A stretch of DNA of 64,000 bases from an uncultured Thermoprotei archaeon (GCA_965367815.1 CBDUKN010000008.1:32001-96000); one strand, 5' to 3'; counted from the stretch's first letter, positions 1-10,063 are shown. The notes: generated by a model not told the origin, from the letters alone. Program-made: numbers and translations.

Positions 1-174
1 TAAAACATTAGGAAACCTATGATTTACTCGATAATACTGTTTAACGAAACTATTTGCTACATCAAAGTACTTCTTGAATTCTTTCCTAAGCTCTTCCAAA
101 AACCTCTCTAATTCCTCATCTACCTCTATTCTTAAAACATTCGTCCTAATTATCTCAACAACCTCCCGCCTCAC
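1..174 (-). mobile_element. N-terminus of a putative TnpB-like (IS200/IS605 OrfB) protein, running off the window edge
   Basis: Not in ORF track. GTG at 174 preceded by GGGGGTG; open to position 1: MRREVVEIIRTNVLRIEVDEELERFLEELRKEFKKYFDVANSFVKQYYRVNHRFPNVL. Resembles the RT(N/V)VxxL...LxEL...NxxxxQ(F/Y) start of archaeal TnpB. RuvC/Zn-ribbon not visible. Confidence 0.45.
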
Positions 175-345
175 AGAACACCCCCATCTCCCTCATATCA
201 TAGTGGAGGGGGTGCCCTGCGGGACGGGAGGCATTAGTATATTTGAAGCATTTTAAAGCAATATACTTCAATTAAACCTACTAATCACAAGAACATTTCT
301 GTTAAATACTGTATGTTGTTGGATTGATGTTTGCTTAATGCTGTT

Positions 346-676
346 ATCAACCCGCCTGGCCCCCAGGCTGGGGTCTGGGCATCTTACTTGTATTCTGAGT
401 GTCTCCCGTGGGAGAAGGCTAGGAGAATACTCCTGCATTCCCGTAGAGGGTTAAGAGTATTCTCTCGGAGACTCAAGCACTCCTGTGGTTTATCATTGTC
501 TCGAAGACAAGTACCCCCCATCGCTCCGTAAAGAATGGTAGCGGGGGGCTTCTACTCTCTTCTCCCGGGGAGACACCCCACGTAGCTCTAGTAGCTGTGG
601 GCCTGGGGTGGGGCTCACTGAGCCATAGGGCTCTCGCCTCATCGCTACTCTACCCTAGAGGTAGAGTGGGTCATCT
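346..676 (-). ncRNA. Unassigned ~330-nt highly structured ncRNA candidate
   Basis: GC-rich island with nested inverted repeats (361-368/601-608, 399-416/560-576, 423-432/455-464, 514-519/543-548, hairpin 647-667), a standard K-turn at 612-638 on the minus strand, and a TATA box at 698-706. Lacks SRP and RNase P signature motifs. Confidence 0.6.
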
Positions 677-697
677 AAAGTAATAGTTGTTTCAGAG

Positions 698-712
698 ATA
701 TATAAGCTGTTT
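698..712 (-). promoter_or_regulatory. BRE/TATA promoter for the 346-676 RNA
   Basis: Minus strand AAACAG-CTTATATAT, about 30 nt upstream of 675-676. Confidence 0.55.
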
Positions 713-801
713 GCATAAATAGCCATACAGTATATTAGTTTCCATGACTCAATTAAAACAAAATTCTCCTCCCTTATAGCTCTCCACAACTACTTCTTTC
801 A

Positions 802-862
802 GAGCGATAGGAGTGGGCTAGAGGGCGGCGATGAGGAACCGTGTAGGGGTGCCTGAAGCCCT
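802..862 (+). ncRNA. Small structured RNA candidate with box C/D-like K-turn (GCGAUGA...CUGA)
   Basis: AGGGC/GCCCU stem flanking GCGATGA and CTGA; alternative stem GAGCGATAGG/CCTATTGTCTC; CTTATA at 773-778. Confidence 0.35.
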
Positions 863-1178
863 ATTGTCTCCGAACCAAACCCCCTAGAGAGGAATGCTGG
901 TTTAGAAGCAACAGAACCCTCCCCCACCCCTCTCCAAGTATTCTTTATTTACCTACTTTAATTTAGGTATTCATGCAGTGCTCGAGTCCTCACTTCAGAG
1001 GACGATGAGTAGCTTAAGTATAGGTTACCTGGAGAGTTTAAGGTGAGTGATAAAATAATCTGGTCATGGATTAATAAAATGAAAGGCTCCACAGAAGACA
1101 GAAGCTGAATTCGGCTTGGAAATAAACTATGAAGGCTTATCTTCAAGAGACATAGCGCTCTTAGCCCTTAAACACGAC

Positions 1179-1829
1179 TTAGTGAGAGGCAGAGGACGCA
1201 GGAGTAGCTCTTGTTTTCTCAGTTTCTGGCGGAGGTGTTTTGAGAGGTATTTCAAAAGTTGGTGTTAGGACTTTAATTTTGCGTACTTCACACTTTCTTA
1301 GAGGATAGATTTTCTTTGCTCTATTGAAGATTTCGGAAGAGATTTTGCCGAGAACAGCCTCCTGTATAAAGGCGTCAAAGTCGAGCTTTGCTGCAAATTC
1401 CTCGACTATTTCCTTCATAATTTTTCTTATGGCTTTCTTCTGCGAAGTCTTTGCTCTGTGCAGAGTAATTGCCATTACCATAACTCTTAGATGCACTCCG
1501 TCCTTTGTATGTACATCGAAAATGCCGTCTATTTTCGAAGACCCTCTTCTCACAAGGCTTCTAATATAGTCTCTTGTGAGCTCAAAGCCTTTAAACTGTG
1601 TATAGGCTTTATTTCCTTCAACTTTGACTATCTGGAACTTTAATTTATACGGTAGCTGGGTAATATCTTTAGTTAAGTCGAATAAGCTGACCTCTATTGT
1701 TCTTCTCAATAAATGTTCATCAGTTAGAGCTGGCACTAAGCCTAGCTCAGCAAACCCAAATGCACTTGATGCGTAGACTGTATACCATTTTTTAAGACTC
1801 CATTTATCTCGACGCCTTCTCTCAGACAA
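1179..1829 (-). CDS. rps3ae: 30S ribosomal protein S3ae (eS1)
   Basis: DKWxxKKWY and KKIYPLR motifs; S15-DHH-Pcc1-S3ae synteny. Confidence 0.97.
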   Translation of the reverse strand: MSERRRRDKWSLKKWYTVYASSAFGFAELGLVPALTDEHLLRRTIEVSLFDLTKDITQLPYKLKFQIVKVEGNKAYTQFKGFELTRDYIRSLVRRGSSKIDGIFDVHTKDGVHLRVMVMAITLHRAKTSQKKAIRKIMKEIVEEFAAKLDFDAFIQEAVLGKISSEIFNRAKKIYPLRKCEVRKIKVLTPTFEIPLKTPPPETEKTRATPASSASH

Positions 1830-1882
1830 GCTTATCCACCCTCACACACCTTTTAGCGACATTAAGTCTTTAATTCTAGTAT

Positions 1883-2143
1883 TTAAATTTGACTTACGTT
1901 TTTCAGAGATCTGTACACTGCACACATACACCTTAATATATCATTAACTGTCTGCTTGACTCTCTCTATTTTACCGCTTGTATCTCTAATAATAATGTTT
2001 AAGCTCTTGTTATGCACAGACATCTCTATTGTTAGTCCGGCAGGGAGCACTAGGTTATCAGGTGATAGCGCTACGTGCATGCTTTTGAGAACTTTATCGT
2101 TTGAATGCGATATTTTAAGCAGTAGAGCTATTTCTTCGCTCAA
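1883..2143 (-). CDS. pcc1: KEOPS subunit Pcc1-like
   Basis: ALSPDN...TVNDILR motif, size and synteny. Confidence 0.75.
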   Translation of the reverse strand: MSEEIALLLKISHSNDKVLKSMHVALSPDNLVLPAGLTIEMSVHNKSLNIIIRDTSGKIERVKQTVNDILRCMCAVYRSLKNVSQI

Positions 2144-3576
2144 GGTATCTCTTTTTCCAACTTTCTTAGAAATAGATTAACTTTTTCTTCTAGCAGCGTG
2201 GCTCCAGCAGCTTTTTCATGTCCTCCAGCTTCTCCACCTATATCTTCGGCTATTTCAGATATAGTTGCTCCCAGAGAAAAACTAGGTATTTCTCTAAGTA
2301 CTCTCAGCGATATTTTTACATGCTTAGGTTTTGACGACGATGCTAGTAAAGCCAGAACTTTATATGCTCGAAAATCAGGTTTAGTTGAAATTATTGACGA
2401 TAGTGCTCCACTAAGTCTTTCATTTACTATGCCTATACAGTCGACGACAATAGTTTTACTTAAGTAGTTTATTGGAATTTCTTCGTTTTCAATCATATTC
2501 AGTACTTCCTTTAGAGTTTTTCTATATTTAGTAAGCACAGATAAAACTTGCTCGTAGTAATCTATTTTGTTTAAACATATCATTAATCCTACCCACTCTT
2601 CGTTAAGCCTACCACATGCATTTAACAGTACTGCGAATTCTCTGGCATCATAAAGCTCGGGATACTTGTAAAAGCTATTAATGAAGTATGAATATCCTAG
2701 AAGTTTTTCCGCTTCCTGTGGAGGCACTCCCTCTGATATCATGTATTTTACTAGCTCTATTACAAGTTTTCTAACTTCGCCTTCACTAAGATCATTTATC
2801 ATTTTTGGACGACCATCGCTGAAAAATGGTTCTATAGAAATACTTCTGAGAAATTCTATACATGCTTTTTCGTCCCCGCTTAAGCCCGGTATAAATGGGT
2901 CAATTGTATACTCTAGACACTTATACAGTGGTCTACGTCTAATACCAAATAGTCTCAAGCCTATCTCTCTGGAAACAATTTTTTTCTCTATAGCTTCATT
3001 TAAAATCAGTTTATTTACACCCAAAAAATCGCACTTCTCTCCTTGGTCTTGGCGGTCTCCTAGAGCCCCTATAAGAGCTAAATGCACTACTTTTTCGCTA
3101 ATTTTGCTGTCAAGCTCCTTTACCATTAAGTAAGCTAGCCCCGATGAACTTACATGTAAAGACCCATTTACTCCATGTCTCCACGGATTTACTTCAAGGA
3201 AAAATTTAGTTGTCTCCGGAGCCTCTTGCGGAGGAGTATGGTGATCTATTACTGCTATTTTCTTCGAGTATTTTTGAGAAAAATTAGACAATAGGCTTCC
3301 GTGCCTACTACCCATATCACATAGTATTATGCTGTTATAGTGCTTGCATTCGCTTACTACTTTTTCTAAATCTTCTGCAGATGGCTGTTCTATTATCTTT
3401 AAGTGAAAAACTGCGTTCTTTTCAATAAGTAAGTGCACTAGAACAGATGCTGCTGTTAGACCGTCTGCATCATAGTGGGAAAGGAGAAGGACTGGCTCTT
3501 CTTCAATAAAGTCTTCTAGCTGACTTGCTTTCTGAGAAATATGCTTTAAAAACTCTTCAGTAGCTTCATTTGACAT
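2140..3576 (-). CDS. DHH family phosphoesterase (RecJ-like)
   Basis: SHYDADG, CDMG, IDHH and GGHEKAAG motifs. Confidence 0.92.
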   Translation of the reverse strand: MSNEATEEFLKHISQKASQLEDFIEEEPVLLLSHYDADGLTAASVLVHLLIEKNAVFHLKIIEQPSAEDLEKVVSECKHYNSIILCDMGSRHGSLLSNFSQKYSKKIAVIDHHTPPQEAPETTKFFLEVNPWRHGVNGSLHVSSSGLAYLMVKELDSKISEKVVHLALIGALGDRQDQGEKCDFLGVNKLILNEAIEKKIVSREIGLRLFGIRRRPLYKCLEYTIDPFIPGLSGDEKACIEFLRSISIEPFFSDGRPKMINDLSEGEVRKLVIELVKYMISEGVPPQEAEKLLGYSYFINSFYKYPELYDAREFAVLLNACGRLNEEWVGLMICLNKIDYYEQVLSVLTKYRKTLKEVLNMIENEEIPINYLSKTIVVDCIGIVNERLSGALSSIISTKPDFRAYKVLALLASSSKPKHVKISLRVLREIPSFSLGATISEIAEDIGGEAGGHEKAAGATLLEEKVNLFLRKLEKEIP

Positions 3577-4022
3577 TAGCCGAATATACTTATTCTCTCT
3601 ATTTTATACTCCCAGTCTGGAGGAAGCACTCCTTTTCTCTTATAGTACTTAACTAATCTAGCTATTTTTGCTTCAACTAGCTGAAGCCCTCTCTTGGAGT
3701 GCAAGTCTTTCGGATGCTCCTCTAAGTGTTTTCTTATTTTTATAGCCCTCTTTATTAAATTAGCTAAGTCCTCGGGTATCTGAGGAGCTAAACCATGCTC
3801 CTTTAGTATCTGACATATCTTCTTACCAGTTATTTGCTTTACTAGAGGTATTCCATACTGGTCTCTTAGGATAATACCTATCATTGAGGGAGGATACCCT
3901 CTTCTAGCTAGCGTTACGACTAGATTCTCTACTTCTTCAGGAGCGTACTTTACCCATGATGGAGGCGTTCTCCTCGCAGGTCTTGTTGAATGTGATTTAC
4001 CCTTCTTTTTTCGCTTATTCAC
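3576..4022 (-). CDS. rps15: 30S ribosomal protein S15 (uS15)
   Basis: [12 protein letters not shown] and [11 protein letters not shown] motifs. Confidence 0.97.
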   Translation of the reverse strand: MNKRKKKGKSHSTRPARRTPPSWVKYAPEEVENLVVTLARRGYPPSMIGIILRDQYGIPLVKQITGKKICQILKEHGLAPQIPEDLANLIKRAIKIRKHLEEHPKDLHSKRGLQLVEAKIARLVKYYKRKGVLPPDWEYKIERISIFG

Positions 4023-4096
4023 AGGAAGTATCGAAGACTAAGGGGTAAATATGTTTTGTGCCGAGAAATAGCTTCAGTCTAGCACCAGATTCAACT

Positions 4097-4786
4097 CTAT
4101 TCTTCGTACTTCCTCTTTCTCTCGCTTACATATCGTCCTCGCATTCTAATTTCCTTGATCTTCGATTGTATTTTTTTAGCTATATTTTCGCCTCTAGCTT
4201 TACTGTATCCTTTAATAAAGTGCTTAAAAGCTTCGTATGCGATGGAATAATGTGTACTTTCAAGTGATCGAAGGAATAAGTGTAGGTCTACGCTCTGATC
4301 TTCATAGTCTTTCGAAAATGCGCCTAAGCCGAAGTCGATAAAAGTTATGTCACCAGCGGGTTCTCTTATCATAATATTTGATGTAGTTAGATCTCCGTGA
4401 ACTATACCTGCTTCATGAAGCAAACCTGTATAGTAACCTGATTTCTCCAAGAAAACTGCTACGCTGCTTAGATCTTTCCCGCTGATGACTTCTTTTAAGA
4501 GTTTTCCTTCAATATACTCCATGACAATAGTTGTATTTACCAAATCTATGAAATATACTACAGGTGTAGGCACTCCATTTTTAATACTATAAAACATGAG
4601 TTTTGCCTCGAGTAGTGTTCTACGTTTTCTTAGAGAAATATCTAGTTCTCTACATCTATAGCTCTTGGGAACTCTTATTTTTTTGACCGCGGGTAATTCC
4701 ATAAAAGCTGTTTTCACGATAATCGCTTCAGCGCCCCAGCTTAACACTTCTTCATTGTTCGTCGAACCATGGTACATCGACTTCAT
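4097..4786 (-). CDS. bud32: KEOPS kinase Bud32
   Basis: GAEA, HGDLTTSN, IDFGL motifs; next to kae1. Confidence 0.95.
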   Translation of the reverse strand: MKSMYHGSTNNEEVLSWGAEAIIVKTAFMELPAVKKIRVPKSYRCRELDISLRKRRTLLEAKLMFYSIKNGVPTPVVYFIDLVNTTIVMEYIEGKLLKEVISGKDLSSVAVFLEKSGYYTGLLHEAGIVHGDLTTSNIMIREPAGDITFIDFGLGAFSKDYEDQSVDLHLFLRSLESTHYSIAYEAFKHFIKGYSKARGENIAKKIQSKIKEIRMRGRYVSERKRKYEE

Positions 4787-5759
4787 CTAGTCTCCACCTA
4801 GGCTTTATATAACTTTTTTCTATAGGAACTGTAATATCATGTTTGATACACAAATACCCCGTGTAAGCTATCATGCCTCCATTATCTCCTGCATATTCTT
4901 TTGGAACTGTTTTGAATTCAACTGAGTGAGATGAACACATTTCTTTAAGTTTTCTTTGAAGTAGCTTGCTTCTAGCAACGCCGCCTGTTAGAACTACTAC
5001 TTTTTTCCTTGTGTGGGCTAAGGCTCTTTCAGTTACTTCAACTACCATATCATATGCCGTCTCGACAAAACTGAAGCAAAGGTCTTCTAAAGGCACACCG
5101 CCTGACGCCAGTTCGAGCCCTTTTGTTAAAAGGCCTGAAAGCGATAAATCTTGACCCTTTACTACGTAAGGTAACTCTATGTATCGCTTTCCTTTTTCGG
5201 CATATTTCTCTAAAATCGGCGGACCGGGAAAATTAAGGCCTATTTCTCTAGCGAAAACGTCTAGACAATTTCCTAGAGCTATGTCTAAAGTCTCTCCGAA
5301 TACCCTATATCTCCCATCGCTGTAAGCCGCAATAATAGTGTTTCCTCCCGAAACATATACAACAAGCGGATCTTTTACTTTGAGCAAGTATCGTGCTATT
5401 TCTATGTGTGCAACACAGTGATTTACAGGTACAAGTGGTTTTTCGAAGTAGGCGGCTAACGCCCGCGCAACGCTACAGCCTACTCTAAGGCAGGGACCTA
5501 GACCTGGACCAAATGATGCCGCTATAGCCGAAATATCTTGAATAGATAACCCGGCTGTTGAAAGCGCTTTAGCTAGAACTTCGTGTGCTACTGATGCATG
5601 ATGCTCAGCCGCTTCTCTTGGATGAATACCTCCTTCTGGAGGAATATAACTATCGTTAATGTTTGCTAACAAACCTCGTTTATTCGAAAAAATACCTACC
5701 CCAAAGGTATGGGCTGTAGTCTCTATTCCTAAGACTACGACCTCGCTAGATTTTCTCAT
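4752..5759 (-). CDS. kae1: tRNA t6A threonylcarbamoyltransferase Kae1
   Basis: GIETTAHT, NHCVAHIE, VSGGNT, DNGGMIA motifs. Confidence 0.97.
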   Translation of the reverse strand: MRKSSEVVVLGIETTAHTFGVGIFSNKRGLLANINDSYIPPEGGIHPREAAEHHASVAHEVLAKALSTAGLSIQDISAIAASFGPGLGPCLRVGCSVARALAAYFEKPLVPVNHCVAHIEIARYLLKVKDPLVVYVSGGNTIIAAYSDGRYRVFGETLDIALGNCLDVFAREIGLNFPGPPILEKYAEKGKRYIELPYVVKGQDLSLSGLLTKGLELASGGVPLEDLCFSFVETAYDMVVEVTERALAHTRKKVVVLTGGVARSKLLQRKLKEMCSSHSVEFKTVPKEYAGDNGGMIAYTGYLCIKHDITVPIEKSYIKPRWRLDEVDVPWFDEQ

Positions 5760-5787
5760 TAGTTTAGTCCCACTTAGGTAGGCTGAA

Positions 5788-5958
5788 TTACTTGCGCTTA
5801 GTTAAGAAAATAGTGTAGCCACATCTGCCACAGTGATACCGCTCAACAGGCTGCAGATGATGCCCCATTATCGACCCACATCTAGGGCACTTTTTATTTT
5901 TCAACCTAATATATCCCTTTTCGTAATCGTACTCATACAACTTATGTACATGAGCCAT
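5788..5958 (-). CDS. rps27ae: 30S ribosomal protein S27ae (eS31)
   Basis: Below ORF cutoff; hand translation MAHVHKLYEYDYEKGYIRLKNKKCPRCGSIMGHHLQPVERYHCGRCGYTIFLTKRK; S24e-S27ae-kae1 synteny. Confidence 0.95.
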   Translation of the reverse strand: MAHVHKLYEYDYEKGYIRLKNKKCPRCGSIMGHHLQPVERYHCGRCGYTIFLTKRK

Positions 5959-5967
5959 AGGAATCCC

Positions 5968-6318
5968 CTATGTTTTACTTCGTCTAAGCTCCTCTAATTT
6001 CTTTTTTCTTTCCTCTGGAGGAAGATTTTTAAGTATTATGTGCAGAGGCTCTACTTTTCTAGCTCTTTCGGGAGATCTGTATATATGTACTTCAGCACGA
6101 CTTCTACCTACGCCGAACTCTGTTATCATTTTACGTATATACACAGTATTTATGTCGACTTTGAACTGTGACGCTAGATACTGCCTTACGTCGTATACCC
6201 TTGGGGTCCCCCTTGCAAAGTGGTGTACTATTAGTTCTAACTCCTTTCTTTCGAGCAGTTGGTTATCTCTTTCTTTAAGTATTTCTATCTTGAACTCTGT
6301 TTTAACGGCTTCTGCCAT
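5968..6318 (-). CDS. rps24e: 30S ribosomal protein S24e
   Basis: NQLLERKE, GTPR, TEFG motifs; ATG at 6318 is the more likely start. Confidence 0.93.
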   Translation of the reverse strand: MAEAVKTEFKIEILKERDNQLLERKELELIVHHFARGTPRVYDVRQYLASQFKVDINTVYIRKMITEFGVGRSRAEVHIYRSPERARKVEPLHIILKNLPPEERKKKLEELRRSKT

Positions 6319-6445
6319 AGCTATTCCTCTAGTTTCACGTCTGAAATTATATAAGTTTAATGCCATTTTGTATACCCTGATCTTCAGCTTCTATTGCTCC
6401 TAAAAGCAATTTATTAGAAAATAATTAATATTGTCTGTGCAGACG

Positions 6446-6652
6446 TTATCTTACTCGAAGTGCGTATCTTCCTGGCTTGCTTATACCTAGTTTATTAGCT
6501 ACTATGGACTTGGCAGGATCAGTAACTATAATTATTCCGCTCCATTCTGTTGAGAATTCCTTTGAACCACATATTGGACACTCTTCTACTTTAATGTCTA
6601 CTAGAGCTTTACACTTTTTACAAGCCTTCCAAGAAGATAATCTTCGAGGCAT
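6446..6652 (-). CDS. spt4: Transcription elongation factor Spt4 (RpoE'')
   Basis: ACKKC...CPICGS...WSG...PGRYAL. Confidence 0.95.
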   Translation of the reverse strand: MPRRLSSWKACKKCKALVDIKVEECPICGSKEFSTEWSGIIIVTDPAKSIVANKLGISKPGRYALRVR

Positions 6653-6658
6653 TTATTT

Positions 6659-7234
6659 TCACCTCTTTTCTTTCTTCTTGGGCTTAGTTTCCTCTTCAAT
6701 CCACTCGAGTTTACCTAAAGCATGTTGCCGCATAGTCATATGAACTCTAAATGTTTTAAGTTCTCCTGTTCCATAGCTTACAGAAGTTATTCTAGCTCTA
6801 ACAATATCTCCTTTCTTTACAATGCGCTGCTTCTTTTTACCAATTAGTGCTTGTTGAGCTCTATCATATGTGAATTCTTCTTCTTCCTCTATTTGAGACA
6901 CATGAATAAAGCCATCAATAGGTCCTAGTCTAACAAAAATTCCGTACTTTTCAACAGTCTCTACGTCTCCTTCAACTATTTCATTCTGAATCGGCGAAAA
7001 AACGAGAGCATCAAAATACACTTTATGATACAAGGCTCCGTCACCAGGTATTATTTTACCTACATCAGAAACTTTAACATTTATAACTGCAATAACTATA
7101 CCTAAATTGGGTATCGTTCTACCTTCATAGCTTTCTTTAACTAACTCAAGTGCCGCCTCTTCAATAGGCTTTCTAAAATAACTAGGCGGTATTCTAAGCA
7201 CATCTTCGATAGAGACTACTTGATACATCGCCAA
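6659..7234 (-). CDS. rpoE: RNA polymerase subunit E' (Rpo7)
   Basis: RIPP, IIPGDG, DGFIHVSQI, TMRQ..LGK motifs. Confidence 0.96.
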   Translation of the reverse strand: MAMYQVVSIEDVLRIPPSYFRKPIEEAALELVKESYEGRTIPNLGIVIAVINVKVSDVGKIIPGDGALYHKVYFDALVFSPIQNEIVEGDVETVEKYGIFVRLGPIDGFIHVSQIEEEEEFTYDRAQQALIGKKKQRIVKKGDIVRARITSVSYGTGELKTFRVHMTMRQHALGKLEWIEEETKPKKKEKR

Positions 7235-7377
7235 AACTTAACGCGATCGATATATATTTTTAGCTACTATACCTCTTATTCGGCTAGATACTTTACACCA
7301 CTTATCTCGTAGGCTGCCTGCGTATTTCTATGAAAAATATGCTCTATTAAGGTCAATTAGGCGATAGATTGCTCGAA

Positions 7378-7785
7378 CTAAATTTCTCCAATCACTTCTA
7401 TTCTCTTCTTTCTTATATTAACATAAATAACGGGAATATTTTTGTAGAGAAGCATTTTCATCAAATACTTGTCATTTGTAGCTACAATACAGTCATTTGT
7501 ACTCGCATAGCGTAGTATTTTCATATCTACAGATATTTTTTCGGTCGGAAGATAGTCGACTACTTCACAGTATTTCTTTACAAAATCTACGATCAACTTA
7601 AATGTCTTTAGAATATTAGGCTTCTTGCGGATAAGAGCTTCTTCAAGCTCAATTAGAGAATCTTTCAACACAATAAGCTTAATTCTCTCTCCGAGCTCCT
7701 TTCTTACAAAATCTACAATATCTATTTTGTTGGAAAACGATGCTACAAGGAAACTTAAATCGAAGAGTATCGCCTTTTTACGCAC
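7378..7785 (-). CDS. PIN-domain protein (Fcf1/Utp24-like)
   Basis: LFDLSFL...VDxxIL...VATND; usual position upstream of rpoE. Confidence 0.8.
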   Translation of the reverse strand: MRKKAILFDLSFLVASFSNKIDIVDFVRKELGERIKLIVLKDSLIELEEALIRKKPNILKTFKLIVDFVKKYCEVVDYLPTEKISVDMKILRYASTNDCIVATNDKYLMKMLLYKNIPVIYVNIRKKRIEVIGEI

Positions 7786-7909
7786 AGTATGAAGTCAGCT
7801 TTCCTCTATTTTAATTATAGCTAATTTTACGCTTATTAAATTCTATTTTCTCGAGCGAAATTTTAACAACTATTTAATAAAACTTTTTTACCTGCAAATA
7901 AAACGGTTA

Positions 7910-9244
7910 GTGATGCGAAAAAGAAGAGTTATAATAATGGGTGCTGGCGGACGAGATTTTCATAATTTTAATGTCTTTTTCCGAGATAATGAACAATACG
8001 AGGTTGTAGCCTTTACAGCAGCACAAATACCCAATATTGCTGACAGAATTTATCCGCCAGAACTAGCGGGTAAATTATATCCTAAGGGAATACCAATATA
8101 TCCTGAAGAAAACTTACCCGAGTTAATAGAAAAATATCAGGTCGACGAAGTAGTCTTAGCTTATAGTGACCTTCTATTCGATGATGTAATGAATAAAGCT
8201 TCTTTAGTTTTAGCTAAAGGAGCTAGTTTCAGAATTCTTGGACCGAAGGACACTATGCTTCAGGCACAGAAGCCAGTAATAGCAATATGTGCCGTAAGAA
8301 CTGGTGCTGGGAAAAGTACTACGACTAGATACGTCGTAAATGTGCTAAGAAAAAGAGGAATTAAAGTAGGTGTTGTTAGACACCCTATGCCTTATGGAGA
8401 CTTAAAGCAACAAATAGTTCAGAAATTTACTAAGCTTAAAGATTTAGACAAATATAACTGTACTATCGAGGAACGAGAAGAGTATGAACCCTTAATAAAT
8501 TTAGGAGTCACAGTATACGCAGGCGTAGACTACGAGAAAGTGCTTAAGCTAGTAGAATCAGAAAACGACATAATTATATGGGATGGAGGAAACAACGATT
8601 TTCCGTTTTTCAAACCCGACATAATAATAACTGTTGCTGATCCAACGCGGCCGGGACAAGAAGTATTCTCTTATCCAGGTCAAGTAAACGTCAGATTGGC
8701 CGATATTATTTTAATAAATAAAGTAAACGTCGCAGACACAGCATCAGCGGAAAAAGTAGAAAGAAACGTGAGATCTTTGAATCCAAAAGCAGTAATTCTG
8801 AAAGCTCACTCTATAATAAAAGTAGATAAACCTGAGCTTATCAAGGGAAAAAGAGTACTAGTTATAGAAGATGGCCCCTCAGTAACTCACGGTCATTTAG
8901 GCTATGGAGCAGGATACCAGGCTGCCCTCAAGTATGGTGCATCAGAAATTATTGACCCAAAGCCCTATGCTGTTGGCTCGATTAAAGAAGCTTACGAGAA
9001 ATACAAGCATTTACGTAAAGTTTTACCAGCACTTGGCTATGGATACAAGCAAGTAAAAGAACTTGAAGAAGTAATAAGCAAAATTGACTGCGACACGATA
9101 ATTCTAGGAACTCCCACAGATTTACGAAGAATAATTAAAATAGATAAACCGGTAGTAAGAGTATATTACGAATTATACTTTCCTCAAAAACCAGATTTAG
9201 AAGACATTTTAGTAGAAAGGTTAAGTAGACTGGGCATTCTCTAG
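7910..9244 (+). CDS. Cyclic 2,3-diphosphoglycerate synthetase-like P-loop GTPase (COG2403-like)
   Basis: GAGGRDFHNFN, RTGAGKS, RHPMPYG, WDGGNND motifs. Confidence 0.8.
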   Translation: MMRKRRVIIMGAGGRDFHNFNVFFRDNEQYEVVAFTAAQIPNIADRIYPPELAGKLYPKGIPIYPEENLPELIEKYQVDEVVLAYSDLLFDDVMNKASLVLAKGASFRILGPKDTMLQAQKPVIAICAVRTGAGKSTTTRYVVNVLRKRGIKVGVVRHPMPYGDLKQQIVQKFTKLKDLDKYNCTIEEREEYEPLINLGVTVYAGVDYEKVLKLVESENDIIIWDGGNNDFPFFKPDIIITVADPTRPGQEVFSYPGQVNVRLADIILINKVNVADTASAEKVERNVRSLNPKAVILKAHSIIKVDKPELIKGKRVLVIEDGPSVTHGHLGYGAGYQAALKYGASEIIDPKPYAVGSIKEAYEKYKHLRKVLPALGYGYKQVKELEEVISKIDCDTIILGTPTDLRRIIKIDKPVVRVYYELYFPQKPDLEDILVERLSRLGIL

Positions 9245-10063
9245 CATACGCTTTATTTTCTCCGATATCTCTCTGCTGATTTTTCTTCCTAGTTCTGCAC
9301 AGTACATTATTTCATCTGCAGTAAACATTCCTCTTCCACCTTTCTGAATAGCACATATTTTCCCCTCTTCATTGAACGATATTGTCAGTCTAGCATCCAT
9401 TATCAGCTCTTCTTCATAACACGGATCTACTACAATTTTTTCACCTATTTTCGCAAATGTTACAGGTATGGCTTCATGCTGTATGGGCAGTTCTTCTTTT
9501 TCTTCAAGTATTTTGACGTTCTCGTTTTCAACAGCATGCTTAGGGATTTTAGTGCATACTAGTGCACAGTAGGCTGCTAGCCCTGAAGCATCCATTAAAT
9601 TCCCGTCGTGGTTTAGCGCATATATGTCTATGTAGAGAGCCCAGACAGATTTTCCAGGCACAATACACAGCTTCTTGAGATCAACTACCTTAGCGCTTCT
9701 TATGCCTCTGTCTACTACTCTAGCTATCTCAATGTCATCCTCGCCTGGAGGCCCTGGCTCAAAAGTAGGTGATGCTAGGGGAATTAGTTCAGTATTCACT
9801 ATCAATACTCCTTCGTCCGGTGTATCGGGGAACGGTTTGCCTAATACTGATTTTACTCCAGCTATGACCATGGTATTGCCTATATTCACTATTGCCGAGC
9901 CTTCGGCCTTTTCTATTACATTAAATTCAACTGAAATTTCCCTGTATTCATCTAATTTTCTTCCATCTATGCGCGTGTTCTTTCCCAATAAGGCCTCGAT
10001 AGTCTTTTTCTTGATAATAGGTATTATTTCCTCAGATTTAGCCAAGTTCCTCACCACTCCCAA
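9221..10063 (-). CDS. rrp42: Exosome subunit Rrp42
   Basis: [20 protein letters not shown]; follows rrp41. Confidence 0.96.
   Translation of the reverse strand: MGVVRNLAKSEEIIPIIKKKTIEALLGKNTRIDGRKLDEYREISVEFNVIEKAEGSAIVNIGNTMVIAGVKSVLGKPFPDTPDEGVLIVNTELIPLASPTFEPGPPGEDDIEIARVVDRGIRSAKVVDLKKLCIVPGKSVWALYIDIYALNHDGNLMDASGLAAYCALVCTKIPKHAVENENVKILEEKEELPIQHEAIPVTFAKIGEKIVVDPCYEEELIMDARLTISFNEEGKICAIQKGGRGMFTADEIMYCAELGRKISREISEKIKRMLENAQST

Noticed and set aside
346-676. Identification as SRP RNA, RNase P RNA or group I intron
   Set aside because: Size fits, but the helix-8 GCCAGG..GGAA..AGCA, GAGGAAnnUCC/ACAGAAnnnGGCUUA and P7 core motifs were not found on either strand.
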